Assembly (NCBI GenBank): GCA_964016885.1
Contig: OZ024745.1
Location: 134,292,001 to 134,356,000 of the forward strand
Length of the DNA: 64,000 bases
DNA from: Eledone cirrhosa
Taxonomy: Eukaryota
Reading direction: 5' to 3'
The notes beneath the pieces were generated by a model. That model saw nothing but the letters and a program-made list of their open reading frames with translations, was not told the DNA's origin and did no database searches. A program made the translations under genes and the position numbers. Shown here in pieces: positions 25,601-38,123 of the stretch (position 1 is its first letter; each line of letters starts with the position of its first letter).

Positions 25601-26409
25601 CTGAAAAAACATGAAATATTATTAAAATTCAATGAATACTAAAAACAGTGACATTTAGAAAATGTGATTTCTTACATAGGAAAAGAGTGTCATATATGAA
25701 GGAGAGATGGGAAGAGTGTATTGCAACTACAAATGTGTAGGGAGAAAGGATATATTGAACTGGTGCCAGTGCAGCATGTGTTAAATGTGGGATGGGCAGT
25801 TATTACAGAACCTATAATCAGAACATGTATCTAATGTCAAGGTTGAGACAATTAGTAGGTACTGGTTTAAACAGTACAAGATGATTTGGTACTCGTTCTC
25901 AACAGCTAGGTGAAGTAAAGTAATACAGATTAAAGAGATCTGATCCAAACACACATTGAAATACTAGAAGGTCATTTGAATTCTCCACCATGAATAAGTA
26001 GTTCAATACCCCCTCCCCCTCACTTAGCCATCTTAGCGCTACTGTGGACTATAATGTGCATTTAGCAAAGGCATATTAATTCATGAAATAAAACAATAGT
26101 ACAGAAAATATTCTAAGTACACACACAACATTATTTCCTGAATCACTTACACACTGCACCTTGCTATACATATTTAAAATACCATTCTACTTTACACCAA
26201 AGACCGTGTGATAGAGTATGCAAGAAAATCTCAAACCAGACTAAATCATAATGTATTAGATAACCTATGAATCAACCCAAAAATGTCCATCATTAGCTAC
26301 CATGGCAAAAATGTAAGCAGAGCTGAATTAGATGTTCAGCTAATAAAAACAATATTCTCCACCATTTTCTCTCATTGTTATGAAAAGTCTGTCTGAAGCC
26401 AGGCTGGTG

Positions 26410-26652
26410 CTTATTGTGGTTTTGTGGCGTGAAGTGACTGAGAGTACAAGACTCCCACTTAGACAGGACAACAGTTCATTGCAGGGTTAAACCCCCAGCT
26501 ATTGCTGGTACTCATTTTCAGCTGAGTATACTGGAGCAACATGAAATGAAGTGTTTTGTTCAAGAACACAACACACAACCCAGCCCAGGAATTGAACCCA
26601 CAACATTATGATCATAAGTCCAACACCCTAACCACTGGGCCACGTGCCTCCA
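26410..26652 (-). mobile_element. tRNA-derived SINE family B
   Basis: Head with A-box-like tggcccagtgg and B-box-like ggttcaattcc; copies at about 1100-1370, 5333-5570, 12730-12895, 22830-22995 and 27310-27570. Confidence 0.8.
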
Positions 26653-28284
26653 CTATACTCGTTATAAGTAATTTCTTAATTCATTAAGCTTTTAATGGTT
26701 ATTACTTATGATTTTATTTGCATATGCTGATTCAAAATAGAAGATAGAGTGGAGAGGCTTCCTGTTTCAGATGCAACAAAATCCCAGTCCAGCACTGCAA
26801 GCTAAAACCTATACATTAATGATGCCCTTATTAGCTCTTTCAATAATTATTTATTTAGTGTAAATAGAAATAGTTACTATTGAACACTATAGTTTATTAA
26901 TATACCTTGGTATAAAATACATTGCAATGCTTTTAGTGACTAAGATAATTACTATTCAAATGTTGAGAATTGTACTTAGTTTTGTATAGGATACAACTGT
27001 TGGAGAGATTCATGAAAATATGACATATTAGACATATAGTGGTGACTCAAGTTATGAAAATGATAGAAAGTTAATACAACTAATTAGGGAAAGAGTCAGG
27101 TGAGATTCAGTTGGGATTTGTGTCAAGACAACTACAAGAGAAGTTCCTAGTCAAGTGTAAGCTGCTATATCTAGCTTTCATTGACCTGGAGAAGGCTTTT
27201 GACAATGTACCATGATGTGTAATCTGATCTTTAAAGAAACTTGGTGTGGATGAGTGGGTTGTATGAATCATGAACAGAAGAACTGTCAGTAAAGTGAGAG
27301 TAGGTACTTTGAAGGCACATAGCCCAGTGGTAAGGGTGTTGGACTTATAATGATAATGTCATGAGTTCAATTCCTGGGCTGAGTTGCATGTTGTGTTCTT
27401 GAGCAAAACACTTCATTTCATATGTTCCACAATATACTCAGCTGAAAATGAGTACCAGCAATAGCTGGGGGTTTAACCCGGTGATGGACTGATGTCCTGT
27501 CCAGGGGGATGTCTTGTACTCTGGGATAAGTACTGGCCTGACAAGCCTCCTGGCTTGAGAGAGACTTTAGACTTAGTTAGAGGTAATGAGTACAATGTGA
27601 AGGTAAGTGGTCATCAGAAAGAGAGCTGCAACAGAGGAAGACCAAAGAAAGACATGGGCAGAAGTGGTGAGAGCAGCTCTCAAAATGCTGTCCCTCACAG
27701 AAGAGATGACAAAGGAATGCAACAAGTGGAGAGGGGTTGTGGTGGAAGAGACTTGTCCAACTTATGCAAGCATGGAAATGCAAATGTAAATATGATGATG
27801 ATGATGTGATGTATGCTTGTATGAATCAGTAAGAAAACAAACTCTAAAGAGTTTCTGGCTTTAAGGGTTTCGCGAAATGGTAGAGCTGTTACTTTTACAG
27901 GGGAGGCAGGACTGCTGCAATAAGTGCCATAAAAGGGTAGAGGTGTTACCTTTACAGGGGAGGTAGGACTGCTGCAATAAGTGTCATGAAAGGGTAGAGG
28001 TGTTACCTTTACAAGGGAGGTAGGACTGCTGCAATAAATGTGTGAATCTGAGAGAGGAATATGTTGAATAAAATCATAATTAACTGATCCTCCTGTATTT
28101 TCTTTCACCCAAAGCCAGGAACTTTTCAGCACCCCCTTGTATAGAGTGCCTTTACAATTATTCTACTTCAATATCTACATAAAGATTGATATATAAAAAT
28201 ATATCACAGCTAGCTGCAAATTCTCCATCTCACTCTGACTCATTACAAAAATACTTTTATACATACTGAAACATTTTCACTTAC

Positions 28285-28394
28285 CCGAAGGCACAAACAT
28301 GAAAGAATTCACCACAGAATCCTGTTCATTGATCCGTTTGTACTGGCTTTCAGTGTCTGATTTTGATAACTCTACTTCATATCGTAAGATACAT
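28285..28394 (-). CDS. IDUA: IDUA exon 14
   Basis: CILRYEVELSKSDTESQYKRINEQDSVVNSFMFVPS; canonical splice sites. Confidence 0.9.
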
Positions 28395-29453
28395 CTGAAA
28401 TATATTATATATTCTTTTAAATACTCTGGAAACTTCTACCAGAGAAACTTCAAAGTTACTGTTGTCCTTTTCCTTGTAAAAATAAATTTTACACTCTACT
28501 TAACTCTTTAGTTACCAACCCTACCAAAACCGGCTCTGGTTCTATGAAATAAAACCACCCATTTTAAAGGGTTTCCAATTTAAATTAAAATCTTCCAACA
28601 TAATCTTATATAAGAACCTTACATTAAGTTACTATCTTAGTAATGAAATAATTAATAATTTTAGAAAATCCCTCAAAATTCGTCATTAACTTTGAATAAC
28701 AACCTTGGTTTCCTTTTGAATTGATTTAATATATATATTAGAAACAGTTGGGGCCCGATGGCTAAGCTCAGCTATTGGACCCAACTCTTTCTAATATAGT
28801 CACTCTCTACCATCCCATGTAACAAGTACTCTGTTGAGTAATGGTCAGTTTAAAACTGGTTCTATCCTGGTATATATATACACACACCTCATACACCCCT
28901 ACACCTCATACCCCCTACACCTCCCCCCACTTCTGCCCACACCACCCTTTCTCTGTAAAGTTATGTTCGTACCACAAAACACCCAGCCCACACTATAAAG
29001 TGGTCATGTAAGAGACATGGTAAAAAGCACCAGCATACACTGTAAATTTGTTTGGTATTAGGAAGGGCATCCAGCTGTAGAAACCATATCAGTTCTCTGT
29101 GAGCAAAACACGGTCCCCCAACCTGGTTGTTTCACAAGAGGACAGCTCGTCTAACCCATGCTAGCGTGGAAAGTAAACATTAAACGATGATGATGATGAT
29201 ACATATAGACACACCTATATATATATAGACACACCTATATATACATACACACATGCACTTACATATGTATGACTTGACATTACATAGTCCCAGAAGTACC
29301 CTAATTAATCAGATCAAAGGTGTTCCAGCCATGGCTATCCATTAATCAGATCAAAGCTGTTCCAGCCATGGCCATCCCAACGGTGATAAACAATAAACAG
29401 GAATATTCTAGATTACAGAATATTAAATCATTTTATAACCTTTTTATACTTAC

Positions 29454-29530
29454 TTTGTTCCAACAAATTTGTCAGACCATACCACTAACACCTCGTTAGA
29501 AATTACTTCATACACATGAACTAACGACAC
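29454..29530 (-). CDS. IDUA: IDUA exon 13
   Basis: VSLVHVYEVISNEVLVVWSDKFVGT-K, resembling LVLVWSDEHVGSK. Confidence 0.92.
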
Positions 29531-29835
29531 CTGTAAAGATAAAGAAAATACTTCTTTTTTGTTTTGTTTTTTTTTTGTTGTTGTTTTGTTTGGGGGGGGG
29601 GGGGGGGGGGGGGGGTATGGTAGTGAGACTTGGGCAGTAAATTGCAGAGAATATCTGATGGCTGAAAAAGAATGAATTGAGCATGCTCCATTGGATGTGT
29701 AATGTTAGTATACATGAATTATGAAGCACAGATGAGCTGAGTGAACAATATAAATAGGCAAGAGAAAAAGTTGCACTGATGCAAACATGTACTGTACATG
29801 AATGATAGAGGGTGAATATGTGGCGGGAGTACCAA

Positions 29836-32238
29836 GAGGATGGAAGCCATGGAAGATGTTGGCTAAGGTGGTGGTAGGGAAGATGGCAGCCATGGAAGAT
29901 GTTGGCTAAGGTGGTGGTAGGGAGGATGGCAGCCATGGAAGATGTTGGCTAAGGTGGTGGTAGGGAGGATGGCAGCCATGGAAGATGTTGGCTAAGGTGG
30001 TGGTAGGGAGGATGGAAGCCATGGAAGATGTTGGCTAAGGTGGTGGTAGGGAAGATGGCAGCCATGGAAGATGTTGGCTAAGGTGGTGGTAGGGAGGATG
30101 GAAGCCATGGAAGATGTTGGCTAAGGTGGTGGTAGGGAAGATGGCAGCCATGGAAGATGTTGGCTAAGGTGGTGGTAGGGAGGATGGCAGCCATGGAAGA
30201 TGTTGGCTAAGGTGGTGGTAGGGAGGATGGCAGCCATGGAAGATGTTGGCTAAGGTGGTGGTAGGGAGGATGGAAGCCATGGAAGATGTTGGCTAAGGTG
30301 GTGGTAGGGAAGATGGCAGCCATGGAAGATGTTGGCTAAGGTGGTGGTAGGGAGGATGGAAGCCATGGAAGATGTTGGCTAAGGTGGTGGTAGGGAAGAT
30401 GGCAGCCATGGAAGATGTTGGCTAAGGTGGTGGTAGGGAAGATGGAAGCCATGGAAGATGTTGGCTAAGGTGGTGGTAGGGAAGATGGCAGCCATGGAAG
30501 ATGTTGGCTAAGGTGGTGGTAGGGAGGATGGAAGCCATGGAAGATGTTGGCTAAGGTGGTGGTAGGGAAGATGGCAGCCATGGAAGATGTTGGCTAAGGT
30601 GGTGGTAGGGAGGATGGAAGCCATGGAAGATGTTGGCTAAGGTGGTGGTAGGGAAGATGGCAGCCATGGAAGATGTTGGCTAAGGTGGTGGTAGGGAGGA
30701 TGGCAGCCATGGAAGATGTTGGCTAAGGTGGTGGTAGGGAGGATGGCAGCCATGGAAGATGTTGGCTAAGGTGGTGGTAGGGAGGATGGAAGCCATGGAA
30801 GATGTTGGCTAAGGTGGTGGTAGGGAAGATGGCAGCCATGGAAGATGTTGGCTAAGGTGGTGGTAGGGAGGATGGAAGCCATGGAAGATGTTGGCTAAGG
30901 TGGTGGTAGGGAAGATGGCAGCCATGGAAGATGTTGGCTAAGGTGGTGGTAGGGAAGATGGAAGCCATGGAAGATGTTGGCTAAGGTGGTGGTAGGGAAG
31001 ATGGCAGCCATGGAAGATGTTGGCTAAGGTGGTGGTAGGGAGGATGGCAGCCATGGAAGATGTTGGCTAAGGTGGTGGTAGGGAGGATGGAAGCCATGGA
31101 AGATGTTGGCTAAGGTGGTGGTAGGGAAGATGGCAGCCATGGAAGATGTTGGCTAAGGTGGTGGTAGGGAAGATGGAAGCCATGGAAGATGTTGGCTAAG
31201 GTGGTGGTAGGGAAGATGGAAGCCATGGAAGATGTTGGCTAAGGTGGTGGTAGGGAAGATGGCAGCCATGGAAGATGTTGGCTAAGGTGGTGGTAGGGAA
31301 GATGGCAGCCATGGAAGATGTTGGCTAAGGTGGTGGTAGGGAGGATGGAAGCCATGGAAGATGTTGGCTAAGGTGGTGGTAGGGAAGATGGCAGCCATGG
31401 AAGATGTTGGCTAAGGTGGTGGTAGGGAAGATGGAAGCCATGGAAGATGTTGGCTAAGGTGGTGGTAGGGAAGATGGCAGCCATGGAAGATGTTGGCTAA
31501 GGTGGTGGTAGGGAAGATGGCAGCCATGGAAGATGTTGGCTAAGGTGGTGGTAGGGAGGATGGAAGCCATGGAAGATGTTGGCTAAGGTGGTGGTAGGGA
31601 AGATGGCAGCCATGGAAGATGTTGGCTAAGGTGGTGGTAGGGAAGATGGCAGCCATGGAAGATGTTGGCTAAGGTGGTGGTAGGGAAGATGGAAGCCATG
31701 GAAGATGTTGGCTAAGGTGGTGGTAGGGAAGATGGAAGCCATGGAAGATGTTGGCTAAGGTGGTGGTAGGGAAGATGGCAGCCATGGAAGATGTTGGCTA
31801 AGGTGGTGGTAGGGAAGATGGCAGCCATGGAAGATGTTGGCTAAGGTGGTGGTAGGGAAGATGGCAGCCATGGAAGATGTTGGCTAAGGTGGTGGTAGGG
31901 AAGATGGCAGCCATGGAAGATGTTGGCTAAGGTGGTGGTAGGGAAGATGGAAGCCATGGAAGATGTTGGCTAAGGTGGTGGTAGGGAAGATGGAAGCCAT
32001 GGAAGATGTTGGCTAAGGTGGTGGTAGGGAAGATGGAAGCCATGGAAGATGTTGGCTAAGGTGGTGGTAGGGAGGATGGCAGCCATGGAAGATGTTGGCT
32101 AAGGTGGTGGTAGGGAAGATGGAAGCCATGGAAGATGTTGGCTAAGGTGGTGGTAGGGAAGATGGCAGCCATGGAAGATGTTGGCTAAGGTGGTGGTAGG
32201 GAAGATGGAAGCCATGGAAGATGTTGGCTAAGGTGGTG
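29836..32238. repeat. 43-bp minisatellite, ~56 copies
   Basis: Unit ggaagatgttggctaaggtggtggtaggga(a/g)gatgg(c/a)agccat. Confidence 0.97.
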
Positions 32239-32632
32239 AAATCTGAGCCCAAGAAATTGAACCAAATGAGATAACAAAGCATAGAAACATGTGGAGAGAT
32301 GTTCTACCAGAGAAATTCACATCTACCTCATATAGGCATGGGTAGGGGCCTAGTTGTGACGGGGGGGGGGGGGGGGTTATGATGGTGGGGGGTCTAGTTG
32401 TGATGGGGGGGGGGGGGGCTAGTTGTTATGGTGGGGGTGGAATGGCTGTTATGATGATCATGATAATAATGATAAAAACGTCACTTCCAATGAAGATGAA
32501 AATAGTCTTGACAATGGTGATGAAAACAATACTAAGGATGATGATGATGATGCCAACAGTGATAAAGATTACTAAGATGATTGTGAAGAGGAGAAGTTAC
32601 CAACATGTGCATAACGTCAGTGTAATAGTTAC

Positions 32633-32758
32633 CTGTCCTGGTGGATGTATTGCTTTGGAACATATATGAGCAAGTAGCAAAGCTGGAGCCATAAAGAATT
32701 GTAATTTCACAATGATAATGCCACGTTTTACAGCTCTCCGCTCCACCATGAGGGGCCC
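32633..32758 (-). CDS. IDUA: IDUA exon 12
   Basis: GPLMVERRAVKRGIIIVKLQFFMAPALLLAHICSKAIHPPGQ, resembling IDUA PSLLLVHVCA..KPPGQ. Confidence 0.9.
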
Positions 32759-34405
32759 CTGATAAAAGAAAAGACATCACATTTGAATAAAGAAAAATGT
32801 AATCACATACAAGATTAAAAGATGCTGAAAACAAATTAGAGCTACTGAGTTGGTGTCAGATAGTCCTAGTTAGTTATGCTGGATTCTTAATTGTTTCGAT
32901 ATTTTTGGCACAAGGCCAGCAATTATCCCAGTGCATTACTGGTACTTTATTTTACCGACCCAGTAAGGATGAAAGGCAAATTTAACTTTGGTGTGATTTG
33001 AACTCAGACCGTAAGGGGATGTACCTCTATGCTGCAAAGCATAGCGTACAACCCTCTACTGAAACTGCCAATCCACTGCTGAATTAATAATCTTCTTTTC
33101 CCACTTATTCCTGAGAGACTTATGTGGGCACTCAAACACTCCTTCCAGCAGTAACTGTCTCCAACTGATTCAGCTGGAGCCTCAAGCAAGGGGTCTAACC
33201 GTGGGTCTCCTGTCGGTGGATTTTGCCTATAAAATCTGTCCAGGGATTCTTTCCGGAGACATTCTAACCACATGGCTGTAATATCAAAGCTGTGATCTCT
33301 CAATTCGGAGAAGTAGTGGTTCTACCTGGAGTGACTCTCTGATCTCTGAGCTACACACTATATCGAGTAACATTACTCCAAAGACCCTTCAAGTATATAA
33401 AACACAAATATAAGCACACAGATCCAGTTTTTAAATGTCATGCTTGTAGTGGAATAGCCTAGTTCTTCTCACTTTATAAGTGCTTTAAATTATGAGCAAC
33501 TCTTTGCTATAATAAATAATAATACTGTAAAACTGACAAGGGTTCTGTTAGCTTATATTAGCTTATGATATGGAATTAACTCCTCCTGCAGCAGTTTCCA
33601 ATTGCCAATTCTACAAAGATTCAGTAAGATTAAGCTCAACATTTTCAGGTACGTTCCTCATTGTCATCATCATCATCATCATCATCACTGTTAAATGTCT
33701 ATTTCCCAAACTTGCATGGGTTAGACATATTTTCACATATTGCCGTGAGACTAACCTTTGCAGTCTGTACTGGGTGCATTTTATTATAACTCTTCATTAT
33801 CACCTTACAATGTGGGCTGGATACTTTCTTATAATGGCACCAGCACTGCCACCTAACAGAGTAGACTAGTTGGAACCAATACTACCACTTTACATAGTGG
33901 GCAGGAATCTTATTGTGGAACAAATACTGCCTCATTACATTTGGGTATTTTTCTCTAAATATAAATGTTTCAATAAAATATTCTCGCTATATAACAATGA
34001 GAGACTGATTGTAGTCTGTGGGAAAATTCATTTAAATGAAAGAGATTCTTAAAAGTGAAAAAGTTGGTAACCACTGTTGTGTAGCTTAGATTTAGGGTCC
34101 TCGAAGCTACATGCCACTACATGAAGACAGTCATTATAGGTGTTCTACAGAATTATGGGATTAACGAGTTTGATCCATTAAGTCCTTATAATATAAATAT
34201 CATTTCTTAATGTTACTTGAGCAGGCTGGCAACTTCTCCTTGGAACAATCTATCTCTCATCTGCTTCATGCCATGAAACTTGAGTCAAGCTTCATCTTTG
34301 AAAGGAATTTAGAGGGAGCAGTGGGGACAACTAAGAGGTTTTTTTTTTGTTTATGCAGAATTGGATGAAAAAGACTAAAAATGCAAGGATAATTTTTTAA
34401 AATAC

Positions 34406-34527
34406 CTCCTGTTTACGCAGAGCGTGAAATTGTTCCTTGGTTGGGTAAGAAGGTTTACCCATGTGTTTCCATAACATAAAGGGATTCCCATAGCTGTTGT
34501 TCATCTTGAATATTATCATGTAGAGAT
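34406..34527 (-). CDS. IDUA: IDUA exon 11
   Basis: LYMIIFKMNNSYGNPFMLWKHMGKPSYPTKEQFHALRKQE; GH39 W..MG.P.YPT..Q motif. Confidence 0.92.
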
Positions 34528-35200
34528 CTTTATTAAAGGAAAAAACAACAATACTGTTATAAATAAATTAAACAAATTATATTTCAAATGACCAACAATT
34601 GCTTTCTAAAACTTAAACTATATTCCTAAAGAGAATGACAATTTATAGAATCAGTCATTTGCAAACTTGTTCTCTTCTTAAACCCTGTCATGGCGGCATT
34701 TCTAATTAAATACATCATCATCATCGTTTTTACGTCTGCTTTTCCACGCGTAGGTTGGACGGGTTCTTCTCAGCACGTCATCTCTCCACACGTCGCCATC
34801 CTTTGTCATCTCTTCTGTGAATCTCAGTGACTTGAGGTCAGCTCTCACAAGCTCTGCCCAGGTCTTTCTTGGTCTACCTCTACCACGACTTCCTTCCACT
34901 AGCATTTCCTGGTACTTCTTTACCCAACGATCATTGTCCAAGCACATCACATATCCAAACCAATGCAGGCTTCTCTCTTGCACAATCTATTTCAATTAGT
35001 TAATGAAGAATTTTGATAGATTTACATGAATTATTAATTATTTCATTACTAAGAAAGTAAGTTAATTTGAGGTTCTTATATAAAATTATGTTGAAAGATT
35101 TTAATGTAAATTGGAAACCTTTAAAATGAGTGGTTTTATTTCATAGAATCAGTGCTAGGCTTGACCGGGCTCGTAACAAAAGGGTTAAATAATTTCTTAC

Positions 35201-35334
35201 CTCTGCTTTGAGAAACTGGAGGATCAACAAATATTTTAACTTCCACATTTTCTCCATCTTGTGTAATGTTTCTCCTCCCTGATGTTCCTGATCCCGGATC
35301 AGTAGAATTATACAACAATAAACAGACCTGGAAA
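35201..35334 (-). CDS. IDUA: IDUA exon 10
   Basis: FQVCLLLYNSTDPGSGTSGRRNITQDGENVEVKIFVDPPVSQSR; attag acceptor, GTAAGA donor. Confidence 0.8.
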
Positions 35335-35984
35335 CTAATAATAATTATTATTATTATATATATATTTTTCATATCATCATTGCCATCATTGTTTTTACAT
35401 CCGTTTTTTCATGCTTACATGGATTGGACATGTGTGTGTGTATATATACATATATATATGCTAAGTGTGTAGGAAAGGAGTAGGTAGAAATTCCATTCTA
35501 TGCCCTAAATACAAACTATGGGTACATAAAAGATGTAGTGGGATCACAGGCAAGGTATCTAAGAATGTAGATTTTATATGATTTTATATGTGGCTGATGC
35601 TCAGGTGCAGTAAGTAGCAAGTGCCCACTGGATACTAGCTCTTTCAACTGCCCAGAGGGTTCTATAGAAATAGTGGACACTTTCCGTTACCTTGGTGACA
35701 AAATCAGCAGTGAAAGTACCGTTCTAACTCTGGTTACTGATTCCTCGATGTCACGTGATTGATTCTTTTGAATTTGCCACCAACGCAGTAGGCAGTGATT
35801 TTTTCAATGGCTTGGAACTTAGTCCACGCTTTGCTTTTTTCCATCCACTGAATTATTTTTGTATAAGTTCCCTGTGTCCACGTATTGCCTGGAAACTTAG
35901 CTGAGAATAGACTTCCCTGATGACGAAAGGCTTCTCCGTACGTTTCTTCGGAAACTATGTTTAATTAATAAGTGGAGGGGAACG

Positions 35985-35987
35985 ATT

Positions 35988-36018
<31 letters not shown>

Positions 36019-36390
36019 AATTATTGTGTACAGTGCTCAGGTGCATGTATAATACATAGAATAATATACAAATGTCAGGGAAGTGAATAGTGTATGAGTC
36101 ATGATATACATGTGTGTATGTGTATGGAGGGGGAATATTAGGTGTAGTGTTGGCGAATCTCAGTAAGCATGGAGGTTTTAAAAGATGCAGTGTTTCGACA
36201 GCTAACAACTGATGCAGGGAGTTTGTTCCATGCTTCAGCAACTCTGAGCGTGAAAAAATGTCATGGGAGCTGTGCTGTTTTCTGACTTTGTAGGCATCCT
36301 CATGTGTGTTAGACACATGGAAATCAAAAAGGTACTCAGGGTTGTTGTTCGCAAGATGGTTATTTGAGACCCAAGAGTTTGTAGTCACTT
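35985..36390 (-). mobile_element. CR1/L2-like LINE 3' fragment with (ATT)n tail
   Basis: An alternate frame reads RVAEAWNKLPASVVSCRNTASFK, the typical CR1 ORF2 C-terminal R....WN.LP motif. Confidence 0.72.
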
Positions 36391-36934
36391 GATAGCTACC
36401 TAAAGTCCCTAAAAATTACAACTATTTTCCATTTACTGCTGGATGATGAAGTCTCAGCACTGGTCTACTTTCATGCTGGAGGTTGGATAAGGTGCACCTA
36501 GTTGGGTGATTACGCCTGGCAATTAGAACCTAGACAGAAATGAACTCACACTGGTTAATTGGAGTAGATACTACAAGGCATCTCATACAATGATTTGACA
36601 AGTTTGTCAAACCATTACCCTAGATTAGTACTTAATTTATTTACTCACTCTAAAAGAATTAAAGCAAAGTCATCCTTGGCAGAATTTTAACTCTGAGTAC
36701 AGAGAGCCAGAACAAATACTGCAGAAGATTCTATCCAAAACTCTAAAGCTCTGCCAATTCATATCCTAATTCAATATGACACATTGGATAATATAGTCAA
36801 GAAAAAATAACAGAATTGTAACAGCTGAAAAGCATTTGATCAAATATCTGTTTGTTGAGATATGACCTTGGGATAAATAACTATTTCTTATATATTACAT
36901 ATAAACCATAAACCATATACAAGTCCCTCCTTAC

Positions 36935-37004
36935 CTGTCAGACCTTGTAGATACTTCAGGATAATGAACTGAGCCAATTCCTCCAAAATCGTCAGTAATA
37001 TCAT
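36935..37004 (-). CDS. IDUA: IDUA exon 9
   Basis: DITDDFGGIGSVHYPEVSTRSD; polypyrimidine-ccag acceptor and GTAAG donor; phases 1/2 fit both neighbours. Confidence 0.82.
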
Positions 37005-37101
37005 CTGGAAAAAAACTTGTGTATATAATATATATATATAGATATATATGAGAGACGTAAAATAAGAAAATTATAAAAATTAACTTACTTACTAAAATTT
37101 C

Positions 37102-37184
37102 ACTCCAACTAATTAGTTTCTGAAAGGGAATAAACATAGTTTCCGAAGAAACGTACGGAGAAGCCTTTCGTCATCAGGGAAGTC
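37102..37184 (-). ncRNA. Putative type I hammerhead ribozyme, IDUA-sense copy
   Basis: Reverse complement of the 38041-38123 motif. Confidence 0.6.
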
Positions 37185-38040
37185 TATTCTCAGCTAAGTT
37201 TCCAGGCAATACGTGGACACAGGGAACTTATACAAAAATAATTCAGTGGATGGAAAAAAGCAAAGCGTGGACTAAGTTCCAAGCCATTGAAAAAATCACT
37301 GACTACTGCGTCGGTGGCAAATTCAAAAGAATCAATCACGTGACATCGAGGTCAATCAGTGAAGAGTGGTTTGTTAAGAAGATAGCAGCCGGACTGTTAC
37401 TATGAACTATAGTAGCAGTTTTGGCCAATTTTGGCTCAACAAAATAATTTGGAGATAATTATAAAGAATTAGTATATCTACTAACATATATATACAGATG
37501 CATACCTATGCCAGCAAATATGTAGGTTTTGTCTTAGTAACTTTTGTCTTAGAAACTATGTTTATTCCCTTTCAGAAACTAATTAGTTGGAGTGAAATTT
37601 TAGTAAGTAAGTTAATTTTTATAATTTTCTTATTTTACGTCTCTCATATTATTGTTCTGCATCCCCATGCATTGAACCACAAAGTTACTAAGACAAAACC
37701 TATATATTTGCTGGCATAGGTATGCATCTGTATATATATGTTAGTAGATATACTAATTCTTTATAATTATCTCCAAATTATTTTGTTGAGCCAAAATTGG
37801 CCAAAACTGCTACTATAGTTCATAGTAACAGTCCGGCTGCTATCTTCTTAACAAACCACTCTTCACTGATTGACCTCGATGTCACGTGATTGATTCTTTT
37901 GAATTTGCCACCAACGCAGTAGGCAGTGATTTTTTCAATGGCTTGGAACTTAGTCCACGCTTTGCTTTTTTCCATCCACTGAATTATTTTTGTATAAGTT
38001 CCCTGTGTCCACGTATTGCCTGGAAACTTAGCTGAGAATA

Positions 38041-38123
38041 GACTTCCCTGATGACGAAAGGCTTCTCCGTACGTTTCTTCGGAAACTATGTTTATTCCCT
38101 TTCAGAAACTAATTAGTTGGAGT
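38041..38123 (+). ncRNA. Putative type I hammerhead ribozyme
   Basis: gacuucc-CUGAUGA-cgaaagg...ccuuuca-GAAA-cuaauuag-UU-ggagu: catalytic boxes, stem II gaaagg/ccuuuc, palindromic stem III, GUU triplet, short stem I. Confidence 0.62.

Noticed and set aside
29836-32238. CRISPR-like array
   Set aside because: Head-to-tail units without unique spacers, eukaryotic intron context and no cas genes; it is a minisatellite.
35897-35963. Third complete hammerhead
   Set aside because: Truncated before the GAAA/stem III/GUU half; the copy at 37553 conversely lacks the CUGAUGA half.
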